From NCBI GenBank assembly GCA_050248855.1, contig JBFWRP010000017.1:26025-90024 (forward strand): DNA of 64,000 nucleotides. Direction: 5' to 3'. The position numbers and the translations under genes were made by a program. Under the pieces are notes generated by a model, which was not told where the DNA came from, did no database searches, and saw nothing but the letters and a program-made list of their open reading frames with translations. This document shows, piece after piece, positions 39,601-51,841 of the stretch (position 1 is its first letter; every line of letters begins with the position of its first letter). Source of the DNA: Planctomycetota bacterium. GTDB lineage: Bacteria; Planctomycetota; PLA2; JAEUHO01.

Positions 39601-40245
39601 TCAGCGCACGCGGTAGGGGTCGGGGAGGTGCTCGCGCACCCAGGCCGTCTCGTGATGGTCCAAGGCACTCGGGTCGGGGACGTGCCCCGGGTCCACGCGC
39701 GCGTGGAGCAGCTCCAGCGTGCGCCTATCGCGGTGGCTCACCACGGGGATGCCGTGACGCATCAGCAGGGCGGCTGCCACGCCGGCCCCGCGCTGGTAGC
39801 GACGCTCGGGAACGAGGCGGCAGCCGTCGCTGATCACCTGCGAGCCGCAGGCGCCGCTCATGTCCAGCAGCACGGCAAACAGCACGCCCTCCTGCCGGGC
39901 GTGGGCCAGCATCGCGTGGGCCCCGCGGAGCATGCCCGCGGTCAGGTCGTTGCCGTGCTCGTCCACGACGCGCGCCCGGCCGTCGAGCACGTCGAAGCCG
40001 TCGCCCCCGTGGATGTCGGGCATGCTCCTGGGCGTACCAAGGCCCGTGTCCTCGGGACAGAACGGGACGGCCCTGACGCGGGGCGAGCGGACGAAGGCCG
40101 GCAGGCCCGCCGGCAGCCCCATGTCGGTGCCGTCCACGGCACAGGCCCAGCCGAGCATGCATCCGCTGACCAGCACGGGCCACGGATGCGCCTCGGTGGG
40201 CGCAGGCCACGCGGCGATCAGCTCCGGGTGCTCGACGAGTCGCAC
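39601..40245 (-). CDS. DUF523 (2-thiouracil desulfidase-like Fe-S) protein
   Basis: VLVSGCMLGWAC, PFCPE..GLGTPR, SGACGS, GAGVAAALL. Confidence 0.82.
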   Translation of the reverse strand: MRLVEHPELIAAWPAPTEAHPWPVLVSGCMLGWACAVDGTDMGLPAGLPAFVRSPRVRAVPFCPEDTGLGTPRSMPDIHGGDGFDVLDGRARVVDEHGNDLTAGMLRGAHAMLAHARQEGVLFAVLLDMSGACGSQVISDGCRLVPERRYQRGAGVAAALLMRHGIPVVSHRDRRTLELLHARVDPGHVPDPSALDHHETAWVREHLPDPYRVR

Positions 40246-40254
40246 GCGCGGCGG

Positions 40255-40722
40255 CTAGGCTCCACCCTGCAGGGCCTCGAGCACCTCGGCCGGATGCTCC
40301 GCCGCCTTGCGCACGAGCGGCCAGTGCTTCTTCACCTTGCCGTCGGGGCCGATCCAGACCGTGCTGCGGATCACGCCCATCACCTTCTTGCCGTACATCA
40401 TCTTCTCGCCGTAGGCGCCGTAGGCCGTGAGCACCTTGCGCTCCGGGTCGGCGAGGAGCGGGAAGGGAAGATCGTGGGCTTCGATGAAGGCAGCGTGTCG
40501 GTCCGGCTTGTCCGGCGAGATGCCCACGAGAGCGGCGCGACGCTTCAGCCGGGGCCACAGGTCGCGGAAGGCGCAGGCCTCCTTCGTGCAGCCGGGCGTC
40601 ATGTCCTTGGGGTAGAACCAGACGACCACGTCGCGGCCTGCGAAATCGGCCAGCGCAATCTCGCGCCCCTTGGCGTCGGGCAGCCGGAACGCTGGCGCCT
40701 TCTTGCCCACCTGGATGCCCAT
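40255..40722 (-). CDS. bcp: Peroxiredoxin Q / bacterioferritin comigratory protein
   Basis: FYPKDMTPGCTKEACAFRD, GISPD, RSTVWIG. Confidence 0.93.
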   Translation of the reverse strand: MGIQVGKKAPAFRLPDAKGREIALADFAGRDVVVWFYPKDMTPGCTKEACAFRDLWPRLKRRAALVGISPDKPDRHAAFIEAHDLPFPLLADPERKVLTAYGAYGEKMMYGKKVMGVIRSTVWIGPDGKVKKHWPLVRKAAEHPAEVLEALQGGA

Positions 40723-40879
40723 CGAACCGGCTCCTCCCGGCCGCACCATGCGGAGGCCGGATCCTACCCCTCGAGGCCCGGAGCGGGGCGGTCCCCGGCT
40801 ACACTTCTGGCCGCGCGCGGACCCGGAGGGGGGTCCGCGTCAGCCGACGTCCGTCGGACAGGCGGGAGAGGATCCAGAC

Positions 40880-43495
40880 GTGGCCGGTGAAGGCCCCCAG
40901 TCCGGCCACGAGGTCGTCTTCGAGGGCGTCCTCCTGCGCGATCGCTACCGCGTGGACCAGAAGCTGGGCCAGGGCGGGATGGCGAGCGTCTACACCGCCA
41001 CCGACACCGAGCTCGGCCGCAAGGTCGTGGTCAAGGTGCCGCTGGGCCACGTCATCCGCGGCGAGGGGTTCAAGGAGCGCTTCGAGCTCGAGGTGAAGGG
41101 GCTCGTCGACACCGAGCACCCCCACGTGGTCTCGATCCTCGCCCGCGGCGACTACCGCGGCGTCCCCTACTTCGTCATCCAGTTCCTGCGCGGCGGGTCG
41201 CTCGAGGACCGCATCGGGCAGCGGCCCGAAGAACCCCGCGACGTGCTGGGCTGGCTGCCCTACATCGCCGACGCGCTGGACTTCATCCACGGCAAGAACA
41301 TCGTCCACCGCGACGTGAAGCCCGCGAACATCCTGTTCGACGAGTCGGGCAACGTGTTCCTGTCGGACTTCGGCGTGGCCAAGGCCCTGGGCCAGGACTC
41401 GGCCCTGACCTCGGTCGGCTTCACCGTGGGCTCCCCCCACTACATGGCTCCGGAGCAGGCCACGGGCGGCGACGTGGGCCCCGCGTCGGACCAGTACGCG
41501 CTGGCCGTCACCGTCTACGAAAGCCTGGCCCAGATCCTGCCCTTCGACGGGACGAATCCCCTCGAGATCCTCGTGAAGAAGGGCAGCCAGGACCCCAAGC
41601 CGCTGCGCGGCATCCGCGACATTCCCGATGCCGTGTCCGACGTCGTGCAGCGGGCACTGTCGCGCGAGCCCTTCGCCCGGTGGCCGTCGTGCACGGCGTT
41701 CGCCGAAGCGTTCGAGGCGGCCGTGTGGACGAGCGACACGCACGCCACGCCCGGCGCCCGGACGCCCGCTGCGCCAGCCCGCAAGACGATGGGCGGCTCG
41801 CTCGACATCAGTGGCCTCACGCTGCTGGGCCACTACAAGGTCGGCAGGCGCTTGGGCAGCGGCGGCATGGGCACCGTGTACGAAGCCGAGGACACGGACC
41901 TCGGCAAGACCGTCGTCATCAAGGTTCCCCATCCGCGGCTCTTGCTCGAACGAGGCTTCCTCGACCGCTTCGAACGCGAGATCACCCAGCTCTTGCGGCT
42001 CGAGCACCCGAGCATCGTGCGCGTGCTGGCGCGCGGCGAAGTCGATGGCTTCCCCTTCTACGTGCTGCAGCACCTGAAGGGCGGGTCGCTGAGCGACCGC
42101 CTGAAGCAGGCGCCCGATCGCCAGCAGTCCGCCGAGGACGTGCTGCCGTGGTTCGAGGCCACGGCCAAGGCGCTCGACTTCCTCCACTCCCGCGGCCTCA
42201 TCCACCGCGACGTCAAGCCGGGCAACATCCTCTTCGACGAGCACGACCATGCGTTCCTCAGCGACTTCGGCATCGCCAAGGCCCATGGCGAGCAGGACAC
42301 GCGCTTGACCACCACGAACACGGGCGTGGGCTCGCCGCGCTACATGGCGCCCGAGCAGGCCGGCGAGAAGTTCGAAGGCCGCGCCGACCAGTACGCGTTG
42401 GCCACCACGGTCTTCGAAGCCCTGACCGGGCGCGTCCCGTTCCCCGACGGCACGGCGCTCGAGATCATGATCAAGAAGATGCAGGAGACGCCGCCCGCCG
42501 TCGGCGACTTCGTGAAGGGGCTGCCCGACGGCGTCTCGGAGGCCGTGCGCCGCGCGCTCTCGGGCGACCCCGACAAGCGCTTCCCCACGTGCCGCGCGTT
42601 CTTCCTCGCCTTCAAGCGGGCCTTGCGCGGCGAAGACGATGCCGGCAAGCGGCCCGTCGCAGGGCGGAGCCCGGCTCCGGTCGCTCCGCCCGTCGCGCAA
42701 CCGATCGCCCCCGTCGCGCCCCCCGTCGCCGCGCCGATGGCGCCGACGCGCGCCACGCCGCCGCCGCGCTCGTCGGGGGCGCGGGTGCCGACACGTCCGG
42801 CGAGCCGCACGGGCACGCGGACGACGGCCCCGCGGACGCCGCAGGCCGACGGCTCGATGGGCGTCACGGCGGCGCAGGCCGCCGCGCCGGTGGCGCGGCG
42901 CAAGGTGGCCGCGATCTCCGTCGCCGACGTGGGGTTCATCGCGGCTTTCCTGCTGGTTGCGGCTCTCGCCCGCCTCGCCCCGTGGGTGCGCTTCGCGCTG
43001 CCCCATGACCTGCTGGCCGACCTGGGCGCGGACCCGACCACGCTGCTCTTCGCCTGGGGCGTGCCCGGCGTCGTGATCGCGCTGGGCCACGGGACCCTGT
43101 TGCAGCGGCGCGGCGTGGCGCCGCTCTGGGCCTTCGGCCTGGCCACGCTGAGCGGCGCCGCGCTGGCGATCCTGTTGCTGCTGGCGGGCGTGCAGGTGTT
43201 CGGCGCCGACCTGCCGTTCCATCCGCTGGGGGCGATCGCGAGCCTCGTGGCCGGCGCCTCGGTCGGCTTCTGCCAGTGGCTCGTCTTCGAGCGACGCTTG
43301 GACGCACCGCTGCGCTGGTGGGGAGCCACGGCGCTCGGCACCGCGCTCGGCGGCGCGCTGATCGAGTGGGGTCCGGCCGACGGCGACGCCCTCTACGGCG
43401 CGGTCGTGGCCGCGGGCGTGCTTGCGGGCGGCTTGCAGTGGCTCGCGCTTCGCCGCATGACGGCCGGTACGGCCCAGCAGGGAGGCCGCGCGTGA
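40880..43495 (+). CDS. Hanks-type Ser/Thr kinase with two tandem kinase domains and C-terminal multi-TM domain
   Basis: Domain 1 [20 protein letters not shown]; domain 2 [20 protein letters not shown]; Pro/Ala linker; ~6 hydrophobic helices. Confidence 0.92.
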   Translation: MAGEGPQSGHEVVFEGVLLRDRYRVDQKLGQGGMASVYTATDTELGRKVVVKVPLGHVIRGEGFKERFELEVKGLVDTEHPHVVSILARGDYRGVPYFVIQFLRGGSLEDRIGQRPEEPRDVLGWLPYIADALDFIHGKNIVHRDVKPANILFDESGNVFLSDFGVAKALGQDSALTSVGFTVGSPHYMAPEQATGGDVGPASDQYALAVTVYESLAQILPFDGTNPLEILVKKGSQDPKPLRGIRDIPDAVSDVVQRALSREPFARWPSCTAFAEAFEAAVWTSDTHATPGARTPAAPARKTMGGSLDISGLTLLGHYKVGRRLGSGGMGTVYEAEDTDLGKTVVIKVPHPRLLLERGFLDRFEREITQLLRLEHPSIVRVLARGEVDGFPFYVLQHLKGGSLSDRLKQAPDRQQSAEDVLPWFEATAKALDFLHSRGLIHRDVKPGNILFDEHDHAFLSDFGIAKAHGEQDTRLTTTNTGVGSPRYMAPEQAGEKFEGRADQYALATTVFEALTGRVPFPDGTALEIMIKKMQETPPAVGDFVKGLPDGVSEAVRRALSGDPDKRFPTCRAFFLAFKRALRGEDDAGKRPVAGRSPAPVAPPVAQPIAPVAPPVAAPMAPTRATPPPRSSGARVPTRPASRTGTRTTAPRTPQADGSMGVTAAQAAAPVARRKVAAISVADVGFIAAFLLVAALARLAPWVRFALPHDLLADLGADPTTLLFAWGVPGVVIALGHGTLLQRRGVAPLWAFGLATLSGAALAILLLLAGVQVFGADLPFHPLGAIASLVAGASVGFCQWLVFERRLDAPLRWWGATALGTALGGALIEWGPADGDALYGAVVAAGVLAGGLQWLALRRMTAGTAQQGGRA

Positions 43496-46400
43496 CCTCC
43501 TCCACGACGACCCTGCTCGACCAGCGCTACGAGCTCGTGGAGCGCGTCTTCAGCGAGGGCAACCAAGCGGCGTACCTGGCCCGGGACATGGTGCGCGGCG
43601 AGGAGCTCCTGCTCTTCCTCGTGCCCGCGGCCAAGCGCCTGAGCCCCGAGGCCGATGCCGCCTTGCGGGCTTCCATCGAGGAGGCCTTCGACGTCGCAGC
43701 GCCCAGCCTCCTGCCCATCCTCGACGTGCGCACCACCGACGAGCACCGCTTCCTCGTGATGCCGCGCCCCGACGGCGCCAACGCCTGGGGCCAGTTCACG
43801 GGCAAGGGCGCCGGCAAGATGTCGCCGGAGGCCGTGTGCGCCGTGGCCGACGACCTCGTGCATGCCGCCCGGGCTGCACATGCCCATGGCACGCTGCTCG
43901 GCTGCTCGCCCAAGCAGGTCTGGATCCGGCCCAAGGGCGGGGCCCAGGTGCAGTTCTTCTGGATCGGCCGCGACCAGGGGGGTGGCGATGCTGCCACCAC
44001 GGACGCAGCCCTCCTGGCGGCGGGGGCCGAAGGGACCTACTTCCGCGCGCCCGAGGTGGGCCGGGGCCGCGTCAAGGACCCCGCCGCCGCCGACCAGTAC
44101 TTCATCGGCGCGCTGCTCTACGCCCTGCTCACGGGTGAAGTGCCCGGCGGCCGTCTGGCGCCAGTCCGCCAGGCGCGTCCCGACGTGCCGGCGCCCATGG
44201 CCAAGGCCGTCGAGCGCGCACTTGCCGCCGATCCCTCGGCCCGTCATGCGGACCTCGAGCGCATGCGCGCGGCGCTCTACCGTCGCCGCCTCCGCGTGGG
44301 GTTCGTGCTCCCGCTCTTGGTGTTGCTGGCGAGCTTGCTGGCGGGGCGTGCGCTGTTTCGCGGTGGCGCCTCCACGGGGGCGTGGGAGCTGGATCCGGCG
44401 CGCGAGTCACGTCGTGCCGCGGCGTTTGCCGCGCGTCGCGTGGAGCCGGCCCACGTGCCCGAGCCGAGCGAGGCGGCACAGGGGCGCTTCCAGGGCGCCT
44501 ACGAAGACGAGGCGGGCCGGCAGCTCGTGCTGTCGCCGGAGGGCTCGTGGTCCCTCTCCGGACACGGTAGCGAAGGCGTGTTGCGCGGTGCTTGGCACGA
44601 CGTGCCCGGCGAGGACGGCATGCTGCGGCTCACGCGCGTGGAGGGTGGCGAGGACGTCCTGCGCATCGTCGTCGCAGGTACCCCCGACGCCTGGACAGCC
44701 ACGGACGCGACGAACGACGAGCGCTTCGCGCTGCGCAAGGTCGGCTGGCGTGCCGGCGACGATGGCCGCCTCGCACCCCTGGTGGAGATCGACGAGCCCC
44801 TGCCCGGATCCCGCGTCGGGAGCACCGTGCGCGTCACCGGGCGGGTGGCCCATGCGGACACACGCTTGCGCATCGCCGGGGAGGAAGTCGCCCTCGACGG
44901 CCTCCGCTTCGAGACGACGGTGGCAGCTCGCGACGCAGCCTCCGGTCCGACGGAGCTCCAGGTCGATGCGACGGGCCCCGACGGCTTCGGCTTCGTGCAG
45001 GTCGTGAAGGTCATCGTGGAAGGCCCCGCCCCGTCGCTCGACTGGACCGAGGCCTCGCTCGAGGAGCGCGAGGGCGTGTGGCATCTCGTCGTCGCGGGCC
45101 GCGCGCAGCCGGCTGGGCCCGGCACCCTCGTCACCGTCAACGACGAGGAGGTCGAGCTCGCGGGTGACGGCAGCTTCCGCTTCGAGCGCAAGGGCGCCGA
45201 TGCGATGGCCAACGCCTTCGCGGAAGTCGTCGTCCGCAGCCCGGACGGCCGTGTCGCGCGCCGGCTCGCGTGGCCGGCCGTGGTCGGCACGCCCACGAGC
45301 GCGGTCGCCCCGTCGCTCGCCGAGGCCCGCGCCGCGTTGGAAGCCGACCGCGCCGAAGACGCCGAACGTGCGCTGCGCGCCCTGCGTCGCGGCGGCGGCC
45401 TGGTCGAGGAGCTGCCCGCCGAGCTGCTGGCCAAGCTCGTGCGCAGCACGCAGCTGCCGCAGCTGCAGCTGGACGCGTGGCGCGAGCCCCCCGCGTACTA
45501 CCCCAACGACGGCACACGCGAGGTGACGGTCTCGGGCAGCACGGACTGGTGCGGCCCCGACGACGAGGTCCTGGTGGCGGGCCGCCGCGTGGACCTGCGC
45601 GACGGGCGCTTCGAGACCCGCGTGCAGCTGCCCGGCATCGGCCCCCAGACCGTGCGCGTGGAGATCCGTCGCGACGGCGAGGCCGTGGCCCGGCGTGACA
45701 TGAACGTGCTCATGGCCGACCACGACGCGGACTTCCGTGCCGTCACGGGCAAGGCCCCGCACCCGGAGCAAGTGCGCGCCTCGGCGCAGTTCGGGCTGCC
45801 GCTCGTCGTCGAGAACGGGCTGGGGATGAAGCTCGTGCTCATCCCGCCCGGCTCGTTCCCGCGTACGGTCGAGGGCAGCGTCGTGAGCATCCAGCTGACG
45901 CGCCCCTATTACCTGCAGACCACCGAGGTCACGCGGGCGCAGATCGAGGCGCTGGGCGGCAAGAGCGGGCCGACGGCCTACAAAACCCGTAGTCCGCAGA
46001 GCATCTCGCTTGCCGGCGCCGACGCCCCCGCCGTCGCCGTGTCGCGCTTGGCGGCCCAGGCTGCGGCCGTGAAGCTGGGCGAGCGCGAAAGCCGCACGTA
46101 CCGCCTCCCGACCGAGGCCGAGTGGGAATGGGCCGCTCGTGCCGGTGACGTGGTCGGCAAGCAGCCGTGGCAACGTGATCGCAGCGACATCGATGGCCTC
46201 GCCAACTTCGCCGACCGCTCGATCAAGGCTCTCGTGCCGGGCTGGCCGCCCGGTTTGTACGACGACCGGGTCGACGATGGTGCGCCGGGCACGTGGAAGG
46301 CCGGCCAGGGACGCGCCAATGCCTTCGGCCTGCGCGACCTCTTCGGCAACGTGGCGGAGTGGACGGGCGATGGCTTCGCGCCGCTCGGCGCCGGGGTGAC

Positions 46401-46569
46401 GGACGACCCGTTCGTCGATCCGATCGGCAAGCCGGGCGTCACGCGCGGCGGAAGCTGGCGCGACTTGGCCGAGAAGCAGGGCTACGACACCCGCGAGAGC
46501 CGTGCGGAGCGCGACGAGGAGCCCAGCGTGGGCTTCCGTCTGGTCTTGCTTCCGGAGCGCGGCTCGTGA
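43492..46569 (+). CDS. Pseudokinase-TM-(beta-sandwich)-FGE-sulfatase domain protein
   Basis: Degenerate kinase (keeps APE, ADQY); [45 protein letters not shown] overlap. Confidence 0.85.
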   Translation: MTSSTTTLLDQRYELVERVFSEGNQAAYLARDMVRGEELLLFLVPAAKRLSPEADAALRASIEEAFDVAAPSLLPILDVRTTDEHRFLVMPRPDGANAWGQFTGKGAGKMSPEAVCAVADDLVHAARAAHAHGTLLGCSPKQVWIRPKGGAQVQFFWIGRDQGGGDAATTDAALLAAGAEGTYFRAPEVGRGRVKDPAAADQYFIGALLYALLTGEVPGGRLAPVRQARPDVPAPMAKAVERALAADPSARHADLERMRAALYRRRLRVGFVLPLLVLLASLLAGRALFRGGASTGAWELDPARESRRAAAFAARRVEPAHVPEPSEAAQGRFQGAYEDEAGRQLVLSPEGSWSLSGHGSEGVLRGAWHDVPGEDGMLRLTRVEGGEDVLRIVVAGTPDAWTATDATNDERFALRKVGWRAGDDGRLAPLVEIDEPLPGSRVGSTVRVTGRVAHADTRLRIAGEEVALDGLRFETTVAARDAASGPTELQVDATGPDGFGFVQVVKVIVEGPAPSLDWTEASLEEREGVWHLVVAGRAQPAGPGTLVTVNDEEVELAGDGSFRFERKGADAMANAFAEVVVRSPDGRVARRLAWPAVVGTPTSAVAPSLAEARAALEADRAEDAERALRALRRGGGLVEELPAELLAKLVRSTQLPQLQLDAWREPPAYYPNDGTREVTVSGSTDWCGPDDEVLVAGRRVDLRDGRFETRVQLPGIGPQTVRVEIRRDGEAVARRDMNVLMADHDADFRAVTGKAPHPEQVRASAQFGLPLVVENGLGMKLVLIPPGSFPRTVEGSVVSIQLTRPYYLQTTEVTRAQIEALGGKSGPTAYKTRSPQSISLAGADAPAVAVSRLAAQAAAVKLGERESRTYRLPTEAEWEWAARAGDVVGKQPWQRDRSDIDGLANFADRSIKALVPGWPPGLYDDRVDDGAPGTWKAGQGRANAFGLRDLFGNVAEWTGDGFAPLGAGVTDDPFVDPIGKPGVTRGGSWRDLAEKQGYDTRESRAERDEEPSVGFRLVLLPERGS

Positions 46570-49403
46570 GCTCACCCCGCACCCCCGCCGAAGCCCTGGC
46601 GCTCCTGGGTCTCTCCGCGGACGCACCGCGCAGCACGTGGGAGCCTGCGTGGAAGGCCAAGCGCAAGCCCCTCCTGAAGCAGCTCAACCAGTACGACGCC
46701 GGCAAGGAGCCGGCAGGAGTGGTTGCCGCGCTGGAGCACGTCGAGGCCGCCTGGCGCATCCTGCGCGAGCTGCCCGCCGTGACGACGGGCGCCGCCGAGC
46801 CTGGCGAGGCCGACGAGGCCCCCTCGGAGAGCGCGGGGAGCGGCAGCGGCGCCGCGTCACACGCCACGGTGCGGCCGCTGCTCGACGCCGGAGCCCTGCT
46901 CTTCGAGCGGTACGAGATCCGCACGCTGATCTCGCACCGCCCCGAGGGCGACACGTACCGCGTGCGCGACCGCCAGCGTGGCGTGGACGTGGCCCTGAAG
47001 ATCGTCGACACGGCCGTCGTGCGTGATGCACGTCAGCGTGCGCAGCTGCGCCAGGACCTGCTGGCAGCGCGGCGCGCCATCCACCCCGGTGTCGTGCGCG
47101 TGCTCGACGTACTCGACCTCCAGCACACCTTGGTCGTCATCAGCGCCTTGCCGCGCGGCACGAACCTGTGGGATCGCGTGCTCGATGGGCCCGCTCGCGG
47201 CAAGGGGCTCGAACGACGCGACTTCGAACGCGTCGCGCGCGGCGCGCTGGCAGCCCTCGCCGGCCTCCATGCGACCCAGGCACACGGGGCGTTGCGTCCC
47301 GAGAGCGTCTGGATCGACGACGACGGCCACGTCCAGATCTCCGACCACGGCTTCGACCACGTCGTCCCGGCTCTTCGCGAGCGGCGGCTCTCGCGGACCA
47401 AGCTGGGCACGGCGTACTGGGCGCCCGAGCAGATGAAAGGCGCGACGACCGAGACCGAGCTCGTGGACCAATACGCGCTGGCGCTGGTGCTCTACGAAGC
47501 CCTCGCCGGTCGCCCCTCCGTGGGTCGCACGGTCCGCGTCAACACCTTCCGCCGGGACATCCCGGGTCGTCAGCGCGCCGCGCTCGAGCGTGCGCTCCAT
47601 ACGAACCCCGACCGGCGCTTCGCCGACGTCGACGCCTGGGCCCAGGCCGCCTTCGGCAGCATCGCCACGGAGCGCACGACGCCGCGCGCGACGGGCACCC
47701 TGGCCAGCGCGCTGCCGGCCTTGGTGGGCGTGGCGTTGGCCGTGGGGTTGGCGTTCTCGCCGCCAGGCGCGGACGTTCGAGATCGTACGGCCGCCGCGGT
47801 GGATCGCTGGAGCGCGGCCGAGGCCGCCGCGGACGAGGTGGATGGCGATGTACGGGCCTTGCGCCGCCTTGCCGGACGCTTGGCCGCGCAGCGCCAGAGC
47901 CTCCCCAAGGAGTCCCAGGAGCGTCTGGACGCCGTGGTCCGACAGGTCGAGCAGGCCTCGCTGGACGAGGGCACGCGGACCGAGGCGGGCGCGGCGCTCG
48001 CCTCGTTGGTCGGAGACGTCGTCGCCACCGCACGGGACGCTGCGCTCGCCGCGCGCAGCGACGCGGACGAGGCCTGGGACGCCGTGGAGGCGAAGCTGAC
48101 CGCCGAGCTCGAGGCCGCAACAGCGGCGCTGCGTGCCGCGCAGGGGGAGCTTGCGGGCGGAACGGCCGAGGACGCGACCCTCGCGGCGTGGCGCGTGGCC
48201 GATGCCCGGGCCACGCAGGACGCGCTCGATCGGCGCGCCTCCTCTCACCGCGTTCGCGCGCACGGCGGCGAGAACATCGCACGCGGCGAGCGGGCCCTGG
48301 CTCGCGCGCTGGCCGCACGCGCTGTCGGTGACGAGGGTGCCACCACCGCCGCCTACGAGGAGGCGCGCGCGGCATTCGCTGCGGCGGCAGACCTTGCCCG
48401 GAGCGAGATCGCGCAGCTCGAGCCGACCTCGCCAGGGCAGGCCGCGGCCCCCACCGAGATCGCACTCGACGAGGACGCGCGAAGGGCCCTCGTGGACCTC
48501 ATGATGCCGCGCGCCGAGGAGCTCGTGGCCGCGCCCGACGGCTGTCCCGACATCACGGGTGCCGTTCGCACGTTGCGCGAGACCCTGTTCGCCAGCGCGC
48601 AAGGGCGCGTGCTGGTCAGCGAGGGGAATGTCCGCGGCGGCCTGGCCCTCGAGGCCACGTGCGCCGGGCGCACGCTGCGGGCTGCCGCCTCGTGGACGAT
48701 GACGCTCGAGGATCGCACCCTGCGCGCGACGCTCCTGGACGGGGACGTCGTGCGGGAGCTGCCCGCAGCCGACGTCGGCGGCCGCCTGCAGCCGCCCACC
48801 CCCACGCAGCTGGTGGCCCTGCTCGCCCCCGAGGCCGCGACCGAGAGGGCGCTCTGGAGTCGGCGCACGGCCGACGAGGCGCCGCTGCCACGGCCCGTCC
48901 TGCGCGATCGTGAGCGGGTCACGCGCGCGGGCGAGCTGCGCGTCGACGGCGTCTGGGTGGGTCCAGCGGCGGGCCTCGTGCTGATCGATGGTCGCATCGC
49001 CGATCGGACCCACGACGACGTCGTCGCCCGCGTGACGGTGCCCGGGGACGTCGTGGCCACGGCCGTGCGGGCCCACGGCGTGGAGGGGCTGGCCTCCGGG
49101 CCCGCGACGTGGATGCAGGTGGCCGTCGATGGGTTGGCCCCGCGCATCCATCTGCTCGGCGCGCCCGACGGCGGCATGGTGGAGGCGGGCCAGGAGGTCA
49201 CCGTGCGCCTCCTGGTGGCCGACTCGCACCTGACGCGCCTCGTCATCGGCGGCCAGGACGTGGACCTGCGACCGGACGACCTCTACGTGGTGCAGGAGCG
49301 CAAGCTGGTGGCGCCTGCGCGCGGCCGCCTGACGCTCGCCGTCTCCGCCGTGGACGCGGCCGGCAACACGCGCAGCGAAGACTACGCCTGGGCCGTGCGC
49401 TGA
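46566..49403 (+). CDS. J-like domain + pseudokinase + TM + coiled-coil/Ig-like protein
   Basis: [11 protein letters not shown]...[32 protein letters not shown]-terminal AVDAAGN; GTGA overlap. Confidence 0.8.
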   Translation: MSSPRTPAEALALLGLSADAPRSTWEPAWKAKRKPLLKQLNQYDAGKEPAGVVAALEHVEAAWRILRELPAVTTGAAEPGEADEAPSESAGSGSGAASHATVRPLLDAGALLFERYEIRTLISHRPEGDTYRVRDRQRGVDVALKIVDTAVVRDARQRAQLRQDLLAARRAIHPGVVRVLDVLDLQHTLVVISALPRGTNLWDRVLDGPARGKGLERRDFERVARGALAALAGLHATQAHGALRPESVWIDDDGHVQISDHGFDHVVPALRERRLSRTKLGTAYWAPEQMKGATTETELVDQYALALVLYEALAGRPSVGRTVRVNTFRRDIPGRQRAALERALHTNPDRRFADVDAWAQAAFGSIATERTTPRATGTLASALPALVGVALAVGLAFSPPGADVRDRTAAAVDRWSAAEAAADEVDGDVRALRRLAGRLAAQRQSLPKESQERLDAVVRQVEQASLDEGTRTEAGAALASLVGDVVATARDAALAARSDADEAWDAVEAKLTAELEAATAALRAAQGELAGGTAEDATLAAWRVADARATQDALDRRASSHRVRAHGGENIARGERALARALAARAVGDEGATTAAYEEARAAFAAAADLARSEIAQLEPTSPGQAAAPTEIALDEDARRALVDLMMPRAEELVAAPDGCPDITGAVRTLRETLFASAQGRVLVSEGNVRGGLALEATCAGRTLRAAASWTMTLEDRTLRATLLDGDVVRELPAADVGGRLQPPTPTQLVALLAPEAATERALWSRRTADEAPLPRPVLRDRERVTRAGELRVDGVWVGPAAGLVLIDGRIADRTHDDVVARVTVPGDVVATAVRAHGVEGLASGPATWMQVAVDGLAPRIHLLGAPDGGMVEAGQEVTVRLLVADSHLTRLVIGGQDVDLRPDDLYVVQERKLVAPARGRLTLAVSAVDAAGNTRSEDYAWAVR

Positions 49404-50662
49404 TCGGCGAGCTCGAGCGCACCGAGCCGCGGACGCAGCACGAACAGCCCCCCGAGCAGGAACAGCGTGCCGAACGCGTAGAGGCCCGCCAGCTCGAGCG
49501 CCCCCGCCAGTTCCTTGCCCAGGATGTCGGGGTTCGGCAGGAGGTAGAGCATCCCGCTGACGCGCCACGTCCAGCGCGCCACGCGACGAACGCCGGACGG
49601 CTGCCTCGTATCGCGATCGAGCGCCAGCATGAGGGCCAAGGGCAGCAGGGCCACCACGAGGTACGACTTCCAGCAGACGGGACCGAACGCTGCTGCCACC
49701 AGGAACAACACGCTCCACTCGACGAGCATCGCGGGACCGTCGGGGCGCAGCCGGCGGCGGAACGTCACGAGGCCGGCGAGGGCGACGAGCCCCAAGAGCC
49801 CCAAGGACAGGGCGCGGACGAGCGGGTCGCCCGACGGCTGCAGCGACACGAGCCGGTCGCTGACGAACGGTACGACGCCGTGGCCGATCCAGCGGTCGAG
49901 CACCGCGGGGATCGACTGGTTCATCTTGCCGACGCCCCAGGTGTCTCCGCCGAGCGTGGCCCACCAGCTGCGCAGGTGGTCGGCGAACCGCTCGGGCCCC
50001 AGCCAGACGGCGGGCAGCACGGTGAGCAGGGCACAGGCCAGCGCGCCGGCCAGCGCCGCCTTGCCCCGGCCGCGCCACGCCCACCACGGCAGGAACACGA
50101 TGGGCATGACGCGCAGCGCCGCGGCGGCCCCCAGGAGCAGCCCGCCGGCGATGGAGCGACCCTGCGCATCGAGGCGCAGGGCCACGAGGACCATCGCCAG
50201 CATGATGGTGCCGATCTGCAGGTGCAGGAAGCTGCCGAAAACCGGCTGCACGAGCAGGACGAGGGGGATGACCAGCACGGGGTCCCCCAGCGCAAGCGCG
50301 CCCTCGCGCGGCACGAGGACCAGCGGCTTGCCGTGGACGAGCCGCGCGATCTCGCGCAGGGCCATGAGGAGGCCAGCCGCGATCAGGGCCAGCCACAGCC
50401 CGCGTGCGAGCCACGGCGATACATCGTCGAGCAGCGAAGCCGGGACCGTGACCACCGTGAATGCCGGCGGCCACGTGCTGACGCCCGGGCGCGCGTCGTG
50501 GTACGGGTGCTTGCCCTCCCGCACCAAGCGTCCCACTTCGACGTAGCCCTGGAAGTCCTCGGGGTCCTTGATGCTCCGGACGACGAAGAACGCCAGCACG
50601 GCGAGCACGGCGAGACCTGCCGCCAGACGACGTCGGTCGCGGCCTGCCGCGGATCTGCTCAT
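49382..50662 (-). CDS. Integral-membrane glycosyltransferase (GT87/DUF2029-like, GT-C)
   Basis: DF..Y...G...Y, WPP, multiple TMs, NQSI, PVCWKSY. Confidence 0.72.
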   Translation of the reverse strand: MSRSAAGRDRRRLAAGLAVLAVLAFFVVRSIKDPEDFQGYVEVGRLVREGKHPYHDARPGVSTWPPAFTVVTVPASLLDDVSPWLARGLWLALIAAGLLMALREIARLVHGKPLVLVPREGALALGDPVLVIPLVLLVQPVFGSFLHLQIGTIMLAMVLVALRLDAQGRSIAGGLLLGAAAALRVMPIVFLPWWAWRGRGKAALAGALACALLTVLPAVWLGPERFADHLRSWWATLGGDTWGVGKMNQSIPAVLDRWIGHGVVPFVSDRLVSLQPSGDPLVRALSLGLLGLVALAGLVTFRRRLRPDGPAMLVEWSVLFLVAAAFGPVCWKSYLVVALLPLALMLALDRDTRQPSGVRRVARWTWRVSGMLYLLPNPDILGKELAGALELAGLYAFGTLFLLGGLFVLRPRLGALELADQRTAQA

Positions 50663-51759
50663 TCGCCCTGCGCGTCCTCGTCCCGCGATGCTCGCGGTCC
50701 GCGAAGCAGGGGACCGATCCAGCCCCGGCGCCGGAACCACACGAGCATGGCGGCGGCGATGGCCAGCATGACAAGGAGCAAGATGGGATACGCGTAGGGG
50801 TTGTCGAGCTCGGGCATGTCGTGGAAGTTCATGCCGTAGAGCCCCGCCAAGAAGGTGAGCGGGATGAAGATGCTGGCCATCAAGGTCAGGACCTTCATCA
50901 CCTCGTTGGTGCGATGACCCAACATGGACAAGTGCAGCTCCATGAGACCGGTCACCATGTCGCGGCAGGCATCGACGCCCTCCATGATCTGGGTCATGTG
51001 GTCGCTCGCGTCGCGCAGGTAGCTACGCACGTCCTCGCTGAACATCGCACTCGGGTCGCGCAGCACCGACTGCAACGCCTCGCGCTGGGGCCAGCCCACG
51101 CGGCGCAGGAGCGTGACGTCGCGTCGCAGGCGGTGCAGCTGCGCCAGCGCCGCGGGGCCGGACTCCTCCAGCACCTCGTCCTCGGCCCGTTCCAGGCTCT
51201 GCGCCAGGGTGTCCAGGCACGGGAACCAGCGGTCGACGATCGCGTCGAGCAGGGCGTAGGCCAGGTAATCGGGCCCCAGGCGGCGCATGGGCCCAAGGCC
51301 CTCGCGCAACCGCTGCCGTACGGGCTCGAACAGCCCCAGGTAGTGGTCCTGGAAGGTGATCAGGACGCGCGGACCCAGCATGAGGCACACCTGCGGGGAG
51401 GCCAAGCGCCCCCGCTCGTCGCGGAGCATGGCCCGGGCGATGATCACGTGGTGCCGGCCCCTCACCTCGGAGCTGGCCCGGTGCGGCACGTTGACCGCGT
51501 CCTCCAGCGCCAGCGGGTGGACGTCGAACAGGTCCGCGATGCGCCGCAGCACGTGTTCGTCGCCGAACCCCTGCACGTCCACCCACGTCGCCCGCGTGGT
51601 CGCGGTGTAGGGAGCAAGCGCCTCGACGTCGTCGATGGTGCGCTCTTCGACCCCCTCGGCGTCGTAGGCCATGACCCGGATGCGCGTCGGCGGCGAGTCG
51701 GGCGGAGGGGCGAGCGTCCCCGGCCGGGAGCCAGGCGGCGGCAGCGACTTCTCGTTCAC
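50659..51759 (-). CDS. corA: Magnesium/cobalt transporter CorA
   Basis: HPLALED, NEVMKVLT, FIPLTFLAGLYGMNF (GMN motif), MPEL. Confidence 0.95.
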   Translation of the reverse strand: MNEKSLPPPGSRPGTLAPPPDSPPTRIRVMAYDAEGVEERTIDDVEALAPYTATTRATWVDVQGFGDEHVLRRIADLFDVHPLALEDAVNVPHRASSEVRGRHHVIIARAMLRDERGRLASPQVCLMLGPRVLITFQDHYLGLFEPVRQRLREGLGPMRRLGPDYLAYALLDAIVDRWFPCLDTLAQSLERAEDEVLEESGPAALAQLHRLRRDVTLLRRVGWPQREALQSVLRDPSAMFSEDVRSYLRDASDHMTQIMEGVDACRDMVTGLMELHLSMLGHRTNEVMKVLTLMASIFIPLTFLAGLYGMNFHDMPELDNPYAYPILLLVMLAIAAAMLVWFRRRGWIGPLLRGPRASRDEDAQGE

Positions 51760-51841
51760 GGCGGGCTCCCCGCGGCCCCCCCTCCGGAGCCGGCAGCGTG
51801 CCGGGGAGTCTACGCGCGGCGTGCTCGGCCCGCGAACGGAC

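Noticed and set aside
46857..50774. 1305-aa minus-strand ORF
   Set aside because: Shadow or alternate frame of the pseudokinase and GT87 genes; Arg/Gly-rich translation with no motifs
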